DNA from: Tubulanus polymorphus
Lineage: Eukaryota; Animalia; Nemertea
Direction of reading: 5' to 3'
Length of the DNA: 64,000 bases
Assembly (NCBI RefSeq): GCF_964204645.1
Contig: NC_134027.1
Span: forward strand, 19,802,560-19,866,559
The notes beneath the pieces are model-generated. The model saw only the letters and a program-made list of their open reading frames with translations. It was not told the origin of the DNA and did no database searches. Shown here in pieces: positions 1-11,301 of this stretch. Each line of letters opens with the position of its first letter. The first letter of the stretch is position 1. The translations under genes and the position numbers were made by a program.

Positions 1-103
1 TGATTGTGGATGGCAAAAGAATTTATGGGGTGAAGAAAAAACTAGAAATTTTCTAATAGATCCAAAATTAAATTATCTAGATGAAATTTTTAAAATATTT
101 TCT

Positions 104-598
104 ATGGAAGATCATACAGCAGAATATATGCAATGGCTTGAAAAAATGAAAATAATAGAAAATAAAAATGGTGAAATAACTAAAAAAGATATTATAAATA
201 CAATTATTCCGTCAACATTTAACACAAAACAAAAGAAAATGTATTTATATTTATTATTTAACGATTATTATGAAAAACCTAAATTAACAGAAGAAGATAC
301 GGAAAATATAAAAAAAAAATTCAAACAAATATTAATGTATCATTTGGAAAATAGAATAACAGATTCAATAAATTATGAATTCTTTTTAAATAAGATTGTA
401 AATTATTTAAACCTAGATATTATAATTCCATTTGACGAATTAACAAACAAAAAGAAACAAAGAGAGCGAGATGAAATGTGGAACAAGATAGAACTTTATT
501 TAAATGAAAAAAATGGAATGGAAGAAGAACCTAAACAATTAAATGAAAATGAAGAAACCAATAGTGATTTCGAGTTTGATGATATAGATCCATTTTAA
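104..598 (+). CDS. Polinton hypothetical protein, convergent with pPolB
   Basis: 164-aa ORF; a decayed homolog has the same position relative to pPolB in element C (46470-46979, ITDSINYEFFLNKI shared). Confidence 0.7.
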   Translation: MEDHTAEYMQWLEKMKIIENKNGEITKKDIINTIIPSTFNTKQKKMYLYLLFNDYYEKPKLTEEDTENIKKKFKQILMYHLENRITDSINYEFFLNKIVNYLNLDIIIPFDELTNKKKQRERDEMWNKIELYLNEKNGMEEEPKQLNENEETNSDFEFDDIDPF

Positions 599-3500
599 TA
601 ACCATAAGGTAATGTTTTTATACCATCATCTAAAATATGCCTTTTATCATCAAATGGATTTAAACTAGTTTTTTCAACTTCATTAATGTACATCTCATGA
701 TCTTCTGATCTTAAACAATTCATTTTGTGTTTCATTACAATTGATTTATATAAACACATTATATAATCTTGAAATTCTATATGTTTATCAACCACATGTT
801 TTGTTATTCCTTTTAACTTTTTAGCTTTATGATCTTTTGTTCTGTAACTATACATTTTACTTCTTATCTTAACAAATTCAATCATTTCATCACCCCCTAA
901 TTCATCTTTAAACTTACCAGGAATCTTTTTATTATCATTGCTAAATAGTTCATGATCTTTGGGATAATTGCTAAAATCAAAATGATGTTTTAATGTTTTT
1001 AAGTCTTTTGTTATGTCATTTGTCTTGATTTTTAGTATGTAACTGTCGGTATTTTTTTGTATTAATGGGAACCCAGAATTGAATGTTCCATCATCTGTTG
1101 ATAAATAATAAACATAGTCAGTTGGGTTATATATTTCAAATAAATCTTTAACTTCTTCTGTTAATTCTTTTTCTACATGCTTTAAATTAAAACAATTTGG
1201 TTTAGATTTAATTAATTCTATATTCATATTAAATCCTAATGAACTGCATAATATATTCAATCCTGATATAGCAACTTTTCCTTTTTGAGCAAAGGATATT
1301 GTTTTGCGGTTTTGGAAACTTTTTGAACCATCTGCGGCATAGAATCCAATGAAGAACCACTTTCTTAAATTATTTTTTGCATTCAATACATAATCTGGAA
1401 CTATCTTTTCTTTTGTTGAAGTATTACTTTTCACTATTGCATGAATATAGAATTCATCATTATATTTTGCAGCAGAATCTTTAGGATTATTTACAAATAT
1501 TCTATAAACCGCGGATGATTTCATATGATCCATGATTCTAAATGTTTTATATGAATAAACTTCTTCGCAGAATTTCTTTATTCTTTCTAATAATTTCAAA
1601 TCTTCATTGCATAAATACCAACGATATTGAGTGCGATTAACATAATTATACACACCTGCTGAACCATCTCCCATGAAAAATCCTTTGATAAAATATTCTT
1701 TTTCTTCTAATGTTTCAGGTTCTATATTATAAATATTATCAATAATTTCATCAAATGACATATGATTCATTCTTTGGAAAAATCTTTTATGTAATAATTC
1801 ATCTCCAATTTTTATATCAGTTGGTTTTATTTCATCACCATTTCGTTTAATTAAACTATGATCTTCTGTAACATCTACAAATCCTAATTTAGTTCTAACT
1901 CTATAGATTTTCTTATTTGTTTTATGCCTAATAATATTCTTTAATTTTTTCCATCCATTTCTTGTCCAAACATCTATTAAACCATTTATTTGTATTAATT
2001 CTTTTTCTCCATATGAAATATAACATTCATTTTGTTTTGGAATTATTTCTGAAATTCTTCTTATCAATATTTTATCATTACATTTTAATAATATTGGGGT
2101 GTCAGCTGTTACAGAATCAAAATATAATATTTCAATATGCTTTTCCCCAAAAAGTGGTTGTAAAACATTATAATAAAAATCATACATTAATAATTTTGAT
2201 ACTTCTAAAACAGTCGAACCAATAAATATAGGTTTATTAAATTTCATTGATGTTCTTTTTAATTTAACTGCTGTTAAATAATCTTCAAATCTTTTATTTC
2301 CTAAATGTCTAGGACTTGATTGTAAATGTCTTTATCTTTCAGAATTATTTACTAATTCAATATCATTTCTATTTCTAATATTTTCACATGTTTTACCATA
2401 AAAACTATTATTCAGTAATTTGAAGAAATCTTTTTCAAAATCTGTTTTTGATATGGTTCTCTGTTGAGTATTGAAATCTATATATTTTTCTAACCACTTC
2501 GATTGATTAAATTCAATATATCTATGTACTTTCTTTAATTTCATTCCTTGTTTTAGATGAAATTTTACCATTCTATAATGAACAATATAATTGTATTTAT
2601 TATTTTGAGTAAGTATTAATTTTTCTGTAAAAACATGATCTTTCGGTTTTATTTTCTTCTGGTATTCACTTAAATAACTATCATCTACAGTTAAATGTTC
2701 TGGGCAATAAGGTAAGTTTCTTGTTTTAAACTTTATATTTTCAGGATATTCTCAATCAACTACAAAGAAATAACCAATTGGTGCTTCATCTTTTAAACTC
2801 GCAATTGCGCTTTCCCAATCAGTTTTATCACCATTTTTAACTTCTGTTAATATAAAATTTTTATATGGTTGAGGTTGCATCATTGCCCAACCAAATAAAT
2901 TATTGGCGTCAATATATAATAATTTATATTCATCATTTGCTTTAAAATATCTATCTCCCATAACACCACTAATTCCACCTCTAATTGATTTTTCAAATAA
3001 TAAAACCATATCTGGTTCTTTTAATAAATCTAATTCTACATTTGTATATTTTAAACGACATTGCCAGGTTAAACCAGGACTAGAGTAGCAATAACAAGGA
3101 TCAACATTAAAATGATTCAAATTAACTTCTCTAAATTTTTCAAATATGTCAGCCAATATCATAACATCTGATTTTAAATATAAATCAACTAATTCACCAT
3201 GATTTTTCATCTTAAAATGGTTCCAAATATTTAATGTTCTATTAAAAACTTCGTCTTTCACATACTCCTCTTTTAATTGATCATAAAATTGATCTTTTGA
3301 TAATTCTGTTACATTAAAATCATTGTGTGTTTTATAAAATGAATAAGGAATTGCGCCATTATATCTCAATAATTTAAAATCTTGTTCATTTGGATAATAA
3401 TATCGAGTTATAACAAAATCATTATCAACTAAACTTTTTGATAAATTATCTAATGAACTTGCTAGAAATCTATAAGAATCTAAAAATCTAATGCAACCAA

Positions 3501-5659
3501 ATTGAAATGAAATATAATTTTCAGATGTTTTAGCTAATAGTTTAAAATCATATTTTCTTACATTTGCTTCATTCATAGCATTATATTCTTCTATTTCTTG
3601 ATTAATTGCACCCAATTTTCCCGATAATTGTTTTATAAATAGGTAGGTATCATATCCTGATAAATTATGAAATAATATTGGCACGAAATTTACTTTTTTG
3701 GCTTGTAAATTGCAAACCTCATGCGCGGCGCCTCTAAACTTTCCATTCAAATGATCATGATCTCTAACTCTTTTATCAAATGAATAAAAACGTTTTTCAC
3801 AATAACAACAATGAGTTGCATAATTAAAATCAATTTCATCTTCTTTTGTCATAACTATTCTTTTATTTGTGTTTAATAATTTTGCAAAATCACTTTCTAA
3901 TTCAATCATTTTATCACAAAAATCATTAACTACATTTTCACCTCTAAAAGAAATATATTGACTTTCATATAATTCAGGATAATTTGATTTTATATAAATT
4001 CCATAAGCAGCAGCTCTTTGATGAACTTTTTTAATTGTATTTATAATTGGTGGGTCTTGTATTGTGTCTTCATTTAATTCATTTCCTTTATCCATTGATT
4101 TTAATAATTGCTTTTTGTTATATATTTCTTTTCTATTTTGATTAGTTAATTCTTTATTCAACGATTCAAAATCCCCATAAATTACAAATGGAACAATATT
4201 CTTAAATTTATGATTAGTAAATTTCAATTTATAATCTTTTTCTGTTGGCATTATTAATTTACAAAAATCTTTATTATCACATAATTCTTTATGTTTTAGT
4301 AACGCATTCTCAGTCATAAATTTAGATAAACATTTTCTACATAGATAAATTTTACGATGATGATCACTTTCTGTTGTTCTAAAGAATAAATCAATTTGTT
4401 TTAACCACATATAATGTTCATTTTCATCTTTTTTATAATATAACAAATCTATAGCATTTTCATCATCATAATATTCTGTTAAATATAAAGCTTCCAATGT
4501 ATAATCTTTAATATTTTCACCTTTTGTCTTTGGTAATTGCATTAATTCGAATACATTCATTTTTAAATTATTAACTTATTCTATTTTAGGAATCATTTTT
4601 ATAGTTACTGGATATTGATCAATTTTATATAATGTTTCATATTTCCGATAATCTGTTATTCTACAAACATTTTCCTGTGATGGATGTAAGCAACTAATAA
4701 ATGACCATAGAAAACATTTATTATCTTCATTTTGAATATTTATTACTGCTTTTGTTATAAATGGTAATTTAATATAAGATGATGCTTTAATTTCCTTTTC
4801 TGTTGTAAAGTTTGAATCATTTTTAAACATTTTATTACTTTTTGATGTTTTATTTCTTTTTGTATTATAAACATTCAAATCTAAATATATCATTTCATTC
4901 AATGTTAAGCCAGAACCCTCAAAATATCTTTCTTCAATATGACGTTTAAATTCATTTAATATTTTTTCTAACTTCTCTTTTATTTGTTTTTGAAATTATT
5001 TCTTCAGAGAGTGTTTGAATATTATAATTCATCTTTTCTTCTGACTTTATAAAACTTACTTTCCCAGAGATACTAATTTTTGGATATTCAACATCTGTTA
5101 TCAAATCTAGTATTTTTTCTATTATTTCATTAAATTTACTATAATCTTCTATTGTTGTACCTTTAAAAAATCTAAATATAATAGCTGCAGGACCAATTTT
5201 ACTATGTAATGTTTCTAAAATTTCAATTGTATCTTTTATTTCTAGTGAATCAATATAATTTCTAACATTTTCCATGTAAGGTTTATTTGAAATGGATTTA
5301 GTTTTTGACGTTGATTTTTTTACTTGTTGAGGTTTATTATCAAAATATTCTGATCCTAAAACATTTTTATTTAAATTTTTATAATGTTTTTGTGATTCGA
5401 GATGTCTATTATAATTCCTTTTTACTATAAATTCATTACAAACTTCACATTTTATTTCATCCACATTCATATTTTCTAATCGTTCTTTTCTTTCATTGGA
5501 ATTTTCTGGAGTTTCAAAATCTATTACATTTTTTATATGATTTGCAGATTTTTCATGTCGTGATTTTTGGGATTTATCGATGTATTTTTTACAATATTGA
5601 CAATAATATTGATTTTTATTAACATTATTATTTTCTGGTTGGTGTTCATTCTCCCCCAT
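595..5659 (-). pseudogene. polB: Protein-primed family B DNA polymerase (pPolB) with intein, broken into 5 ORFs
   Basis: N-terminal C2H2 fingers; vOTU-like NEDNKCFLW..EHY; exonuclease motifs YGDFES, HNLSGYD, FLDSYRF; Endo VII-like CCYC..DHDHLNGKFRGAAH..CN; polymerase motifs YIDANNL, KLLNNSFYGK, YFD|TDS, KxY. Stops or frameshifts near 4952, 4576, 2752 and 2332. Confidence 0.95.
1051..2115 (-). other. Intein (355 aa) with LAGLIDADG homing endonuclease, inserted in pPolB motif C
   Basis: In-frame 1065-nt insert between YFD and TDS; starts SVTADTP, block B VTEDH, LAGLIDADG motifs FIKGFFMGDG and FFIGFYAADG, ends LIQKN followed by Thr. Absent from the homologous pPolB of element B. Confidence 0.95.
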
Positions 5660-5739
5660 TTATTAGGAAAAAAAATTACTTGTGGTGAGGAGTGTTCGAC
5701 CTTCGACCTCTGATCTGTAACCCCACTTTCCCAATTACT

Positions 5740-6060
5740 AAAATGAAAAATAAATTCTCGCACGCTCGAATTTATTTTTCAATTTTATGAGTTTTACTCC
5801 TAATTCAAGTAGAAATTATAGTTATTTTCATATTTTTTCATTTTTTACTCACCCGCCCGTTCAACCTTTAACCTAGAACAACTAAACCCCTATTACTCTT
5901 AAAATAATCATATATATGAATAACATTTAAATTGACAGATTATTCAATATAAAAGTATATATTTACAACATTATTTCAATATTCATATTTGTGTGAGTTA
6001 GATTTTTAAACATTGAAAGTGTTAGTAAAGTGTGATTGAAATAATACATATATAAATCAT
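5740..6060 (+). repeat. Left terminal inverted repeat of element B (outer ~110 bp missing)
   Basis: 5740-5897 matches 54903-55057 of the element D hairpin; 5835-6060 is the reverse complement, with indels, of 20029-20312. Confidence 0.85.
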
Positions 6061-6402
6061 AGCTGTTTATACTAGAACATGATTCTATTTGAACCTATAT
6101 ACATTTCATGTAATGAACGATTGAATAAATCTATAAATTCACAGCTGTTACTATGACGCCGAGACATATGAATCATTATTGCAAACGTGTAGAGAACACT
6201 CTAGAACCGGAACCAGATGACGTGGCAAGAAATGAACAGACGCTGTAACATTACGCTCAGGATATTCTATCTCTCAAAACGAAATTAGGAGTTTATAGTT
6301 TACAATTCTAAATCTAAATGTAAGTACTGTTTTTTGTAGTTATTGGGGCTATTAAATATGAAACCTTTAGATATATTTAAGTGTATTTAGTATATCTTTT
6401 AG

Positions 6403-6665
6403 ATGGCTAGAGTTGCCGCTAATATCTTTTAGATTAATAAAACGTCATACGCATCAAAAAGCGATAGAGAAACTCAAGATACTCTTTCTGACTGAGGAAT
6501 CAACAGCAATGGATATCGAACCAATAGAATCGCCAAAAGATCGACGAAGAAACTATATAAGAATTTCAAAAACATTAAGACTCCAATGATTAAGTTTAAC
6601 ATTTGTTGATATAGTTAAATATTTACCGGCAATTGAAAAAATGTTTGTAAATATAAATTTTATAT
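6403..6665 (+). pseudogene. Decayed small Polinton gene preceded by a candidate intron (6320-6402)
   Basis: FVDIVKYLPAIEKM resembles FSEVVRYLPEIEEM of element D (56742-56957); upstream GTAAGT...TCTTTTAG shared with D. Confidence 0.45.
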
Positions 6666-6744
6666 AAAGAAATCAAATGATGTATTGGATGAAACGACCG
6701 AACATACTTGTATAATGTATTGTGTAAATCTGTTTGGTGAATTT

Positions 6745-7215
6745 TTATGTTCAGTCGTTTCTATTATGATTAGCGCATGCGCATTAAGCAAAACCGGCCA
6801 TAAATGGCCGCATGTGACTGACACATGTAACGCATGTGACGCGGACATGAACGCGTTTGAATTTTCTATGTTCAGTTGTTTCTATTTTACAGAATGAATA
6901 TATAATTATGATTAGCGCATGCGCATTAAGCAAAAGCGCGCATAAATGGCCGCATGTGACGCATGTAACGCATGTGACGAGGACATGAATGCGTTTGAAT
7001 TTTCTATGTTCAGTTGTTTCTATTTTACAGAATTTATAGAATGAATATATAATTATGATTAACGCATGCGCATTGATCAAAACCGGCCATAAATGGCCGC
7101 ATGTAACGCATGTGTTGTTTCTATTTTACAGAATTTATAGAATGAATATATAATTATGATTAACGCATGCGCATTAAGATAAAGCGCGCCTGTATGTCCG
7201 CATGTGACGCGGGTA
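6745..7215. repeat. Tandem array, ~142-148-bp unit, about 3.5 copies, rich in palindromes
   Basis: (G/A)CGCATGCGCA at ~6773, 6915, 7062 and 7163; CGGCCATAAATGGCCG; repeated GCATGTGAC. Confidence 0.9.
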
Positions 7216-7356
7216 TTGTAACTGGTATGATTTAGATATCAAGGAATCGAAACAACTTATCAAAAGGAGCGAGGAATGAAAAAGGATGACGTTGGTCGAA
7301 GAAATGGAAGAGGATTCTAAAATAATAACCAATTTAGTAAAAAATACATATAATGA

Positions 7357-8022
7357 ATGGAACCAGAACAACCACAAATTATCAATATTACAAATAACAC
7401 TAGTGTTATAAATATATACTACAAGAAGTGTTCTAAATGTGAATTAGATAAACCATTTACAGAATTTAGTAAGCGTAAGATTAGCAAAGATGGTTTTCAA
7501 TATTGCTGTAAAACTTGTACTAAACTATATACCAAACAATATCGAGAAGATAATATAGAACATTATAATTATTATATGGCAGAAAATATGAGAGAAAGAT
7601 ATCAAACAGATCTTAATTTTAGATTGAAACAATGCTTAAGATCTAGATTAACACAATTATTCAACAAAGAAACACATTCAGAAACACTATCTAATCTATT
7701 GGGTTGTTCAGATGAATTTCTCAAATCATGGATTATATTTCAATTCGATGATAAAATGAATATAGATAATTATGGGGATTATTACCATATTGATCATGTG
7801 TTACCGATATCTAAATTTAACATGAATGATGAATACAATAAAAAACTTATTTGGGGTTGGAAAAATTTAAGGCCTTTAGAAAAGAAAGAAAATCTAATCA
7901 AATCTAATAAACTAGATTTACAGTTATATTTAGAACAGTTAACAAAGGCAAAGAAATTTATTGATCAATGGAACAATGATCCAAATAATGAACAATACGT
8001 TGAGTCTTTAATGAGTGGTTAA
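7357..8022 (+). CDS. HNH endonuclease with N-terminal CxxC..CxxC zinc ribbon (family common in large DNA viruses and phages)
   Basis: CSKC..CKTC; LLGCS; YHIDHVLP..NLRPL..EN..KSNK HNH core; intact 221 aa; homolog at 55471. Confidence 0.85.
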   Translation: MEPEQPQIINITNNTSVINIYYKKCSKCELDKPFTEFSKRKISKDGFQYCCKTCTKLYTKQYREDNIEHYNYYMAENMRERYQTDLNFRLKQCLRSRLTQLFNKETHSETLSNLLGCSDEFLKSWIIFQFDDKMNIDNYGDYYHIDHVLPISKFNMNDEYNKKLIWGWKNLRPLEKKENLIKSNKLDLQLYLEQLTKAKKFIDQWNNDPNNEQYVESLMSG

Positions 8023-8269
8023 AGAATAATAGATTTTAAATAAAAAGTATTAAAAATTACATATCTTCAACTAGCTAGTGAATTCTATTATATTTTTAAT
8101 ATTTTCTTTTCAAAAAAGAATACTTTATATCACAAATAAAAAATACTAAAAAAACAATAACTAATACTAAAATTCTTTACCTTTAACTAACTAGTATTAA
8201 CCCAAAGAGATACTAGTATCATTTGAAGAATACTTATAATATTTTTTTTGCTTTTTTTCTCTAATATAA

Positions 8270-8640
8270 ATGTCAAAGAAATCTAATAAGAATAGTATTG
8301 ATATTGAAAAGACATTAGATGATTTGGGTATAAGTGATAATAAAGATACAGTTGTAACTAATTGTGCTCAAGTTAATTGTAATATAGATTTTGAATACTA
8401 TTTTTATTGTAAGCATCATCTTGAATTATTAATTGCTGGCGGGAAATCTAACTTTATCTGATATTGATTCAAATGATAATCCATATGATTCTTCTAATGC
8501 TGGAAGTAATTATAAATTATATATTACAAATGGATTAGTAACAGTTATTATATTATCCGGTGTAATATATAAATCAAAATTCAAATCTGATGATAAAGAT
8601 GATTCCAATGACAATAAACCTTTTATACCAGATCTGATAA
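8270..8640 (+). pseudogene. Deletion-fused remnants of two Polinton genes (homologs of 57787-58371 and 58364-58759)
   Basis: The start MSKKSNKNSIDIEKTLDDLGISDNK is identical to the 57787 ORF, then the sequence jumps into the TM segment of the 58364 ORF. Confidence 0.8.
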
Positions 8641-8743
8641 TGAAAATGGTAATGGTGCCGTATGGCACCCACACGGTGATATAAAATATGGTGAATTAAA
8701 ATCATGGTTACAAAATCAACCAACATATCAAATACACAAGAAA

Positions 8744-9658
8744 ATGGATAAAACTTATTTAACAAAAAAAGTTATGGTTTCATATATCGATCAACAATGG
8801 CAAGCTGATTTAATTGACATGAAGAACTTAGAAGAATACAACAAAGGATATTTCTGGATATTGAATGTTATAGACATATTCAGTAGATACGCATGGTCAA
8901 TTCCAATCAAAAATAAAACTGGAATAGAAGTAACAAATGCTTTTAAATCAATATTTAAAGAAGCTATTCCAGATAAGATACAATTTGATGAAGGTGAGGA
9001 ATTTTATAACAAACATTTTAAAAAACTATTATCTGATAACGATGTAGATAATTTTTCAACACACTCAGATAAAAAAGCATCTATTATAGAAAGATTTAAT
9101 AAAACATTGAAAACTAGAATGTGGAAATATTTTACTGCTAATGACACATATAAATATATCGATGTATTAGATGATTTAGTGAAAGGTTATAATAATTGTA
9201 AACATAGTTCTATAAATATGAAACCTATACAAGCTAGAAAAGAAGATAATTCAGAAATAGTATGGAATAATTTATATGGAGCATTTGTTACACATGATTT
9301 CGGTGAACCTAAATTTAAAATTGGACAACACGTAAGAATATCTAAATATAGAAAAACCTTTTATAAAGGTTATACCCCAAATTCTACAGAAGAAATATTT
9401 AAGATTAAAAAGATAATATTAACTAAACCATTTGTTTATAAATTAGAAGATCTAAAAGATGAAGAAATATTAGGCTATTTCTATGAACAAGAATTATCAC
9501 TTGTACCAAACCCAGATGAAATAGAATACAAAATAGAAAAAGTATTGAAAACAAAAACTCTTAAAGGAAAAAAGTATTCTTTGGTGAAATATAAAGGATA
9601 TGATGATAAATTTAATGAATGGATTTTATCTAGTAAAATTAAAAGAATAAATGAATAA
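8744..9658 (+). pseudogene. int: Retroviral-type (rve) integrase with C-terminal chromodomain, 5' truncated
   Basis: WQADLID, IDIFSRYAW, QFDEG.EF, IIERFNKTLK DDE core; chromodomain YKIEKVL..YSLVKYKGY..NEW; lacks the N-terminus present at 58763. Confidence 0.93.
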
Positions 9659-10262
9659 AGATTTATTTATATTTGAACCGCATAATATGTTAGTTACTGG
9701 TGTAACCAATTGTGGTAAAACACATTTCATATTAGATTTGTTATAAACTATTTATAAGAATCATTTTGATAATATAATATTATTCTGTCCTACTTATGAA
9801 ATGAATAAAACATATAATAGAGATATAGTTAAGATGAAAAAGTTTATTATATTAAATCCTAAAACAGTAAAAGAAAATTTAGATAATTGTATAAAAATAG
9901 CAATTCATACTTATAAAGGATCAAATACATTAATCATTGTAGATGATTGCGCAAATTTACATGATTCAAAAGTTAGAGAAAGTGAGTTATGTTATTTAGC
10001 TTTCTCTGGGAGACATTTTGGGATAACAACATGGGTTTTAAATCAAAAATATAATTCAATTGTTAAAGACTTTAGGGAGAATATAAGATTTCTAGTTTTA
10101 TTTTATAACAAAGATAGAAAATCTATGCAACAATCATTGGAAGAAAATCAAATTATACCTACTGAATTACATGATGAATATATGAATAAATTAAAGAATA
10201 ATAAAGGTTCAAAATTATTACTGAGACTACAATTTCCCTATGAATATAAATTTATAAAATAA
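9651..10262 (+). pseudogene. A32/FtsK-like DNA packaging ATPase
   Basis: Walker A GVTNCGKT, Walker B IIVDD, SGRH motif; internal stop at 9744-9746. Confidence 0.9.
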
Positions 10263-10271
10263 CTATTTGTA

Positions 10272-10360
10272 TACCTATGTATTAGATACCCTAATACCTG
10301 ATACCCTATTAGATACCCTAATACCTGATACCCTAATACCTGATACCCTATTAGATACCT
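10272..10360. repeat. GATACCCTAATACCT short tandem repeat between convergent genes
   Basis: Repeated ATACC(C)T units; a shorter array occupies the same site in D (60467-60530). Confidence 0.85.
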
Positions 10361-10419
10361 TAAATACTTAAAACCCCCTTTTTTATTTACTATTATTTTA
10401 TACGATTTTCAACCTTTAT

Positions 10420-11269
10420 TATTATTTGAGTGTTAGATAATAAATTTCTGAATCACTTTCACTATCAGACCCCCTAACAATTTATTCAAATTCTCTACCG
10501 TATCTTCTTCTAATTCTTTATTATTTTTATACTTATTCTTCACCTTTTTTACCGAATCATCAATAGTTGTTTCATTGTTATTCTTATTCATCCAATCAAA
10601 TTTATCTTTATTATCAATGCGCTTTCCTGTATTTTCATTATTATCTTTATTAGTGTTTGCTCCTAATATTTCATTTACAGTGTTTGATCCTAATATTTCA
10701 TTAGCATCAGTTAAATCTAATTCATTTTTATTAGGTGTTTGTTGCTAATAAAAAATCTTCATATAATTCTTTACCATTTACTTTTTTATTTGAAACAAAC
10801 TTTGTAACATATCTAAATGGGTGTTCTATAAATTCTTTTAAACCAACACGTTCTATAACATTAGTAATATGTGAATTTGTATTCATATGTTTATTCCAAT
10901 TTGATGGAGCGTTTGAAAATTCACCTTTACAATAATCACAATAATTTCTATTTTTACTAACATTGATATTATTGCATTATTATATGTAGAAGGTATTACA
11001 TTATTAGATGTAGTAGGTATTACATTATAAGATGTAGTAGGAATTACATTAATAGATGTAGTAGGTATTACATTATTATCAATTACATTACTTAAATTAT
11101 CAACAACACCACTTTTATTATTATCGATTTCTATTAGTTTAGTTTTATAAATTTTGAAAATAGGATCAAATATCAAAGCTATATTACAAGGTATTACATA
11201 ACATAAACCATCATTATTTTCATGTGTATCGATGTATGGAATATGTTTATATACTTTACCTCCTTCCAT
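10420..11269 (-). pseudogene. Polinton protein with VIPTT repeats and C2H2 finger, frameshifted
   Basis: Homologous to the intact ORF 60588-61529. Confidence 0.8.
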
Positions 11270-11301
11270 TTATATAATAAATATTTATTAAAGTTAAAAT
11301 T

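Larger units (their letters stand above)
1..5739. mobile_element. Polinton/Maverick element A, right-hand part (intein-bearing subfamily)
   Basis: AT-rich; carries pPolB on the minus strand; ends in TCGACCTTCGACCTCTGATCTG...CCCAATTACT (5739), homologous to the termini at 20349 and 54792 (5'-AGT...ACT-3'). The left end is outside the window. Confidence 0.9.

Noticed and set aside
1051-2115. Hedgehog-type Hint domain or group I intron as alternative to an intein
   Set aside because: The insert is in frame within the catalytic motif, has both splice-junction residues and an internal LAGLIDADG pair, and is precisely absent from the paralog.
6745-7215. CRISPR-like array, and ORFs 6660-7377
   Set aside because: Units are whole tandem duplications without unique spacers and no cas genes are present; the ORFs are translations of the repeat.
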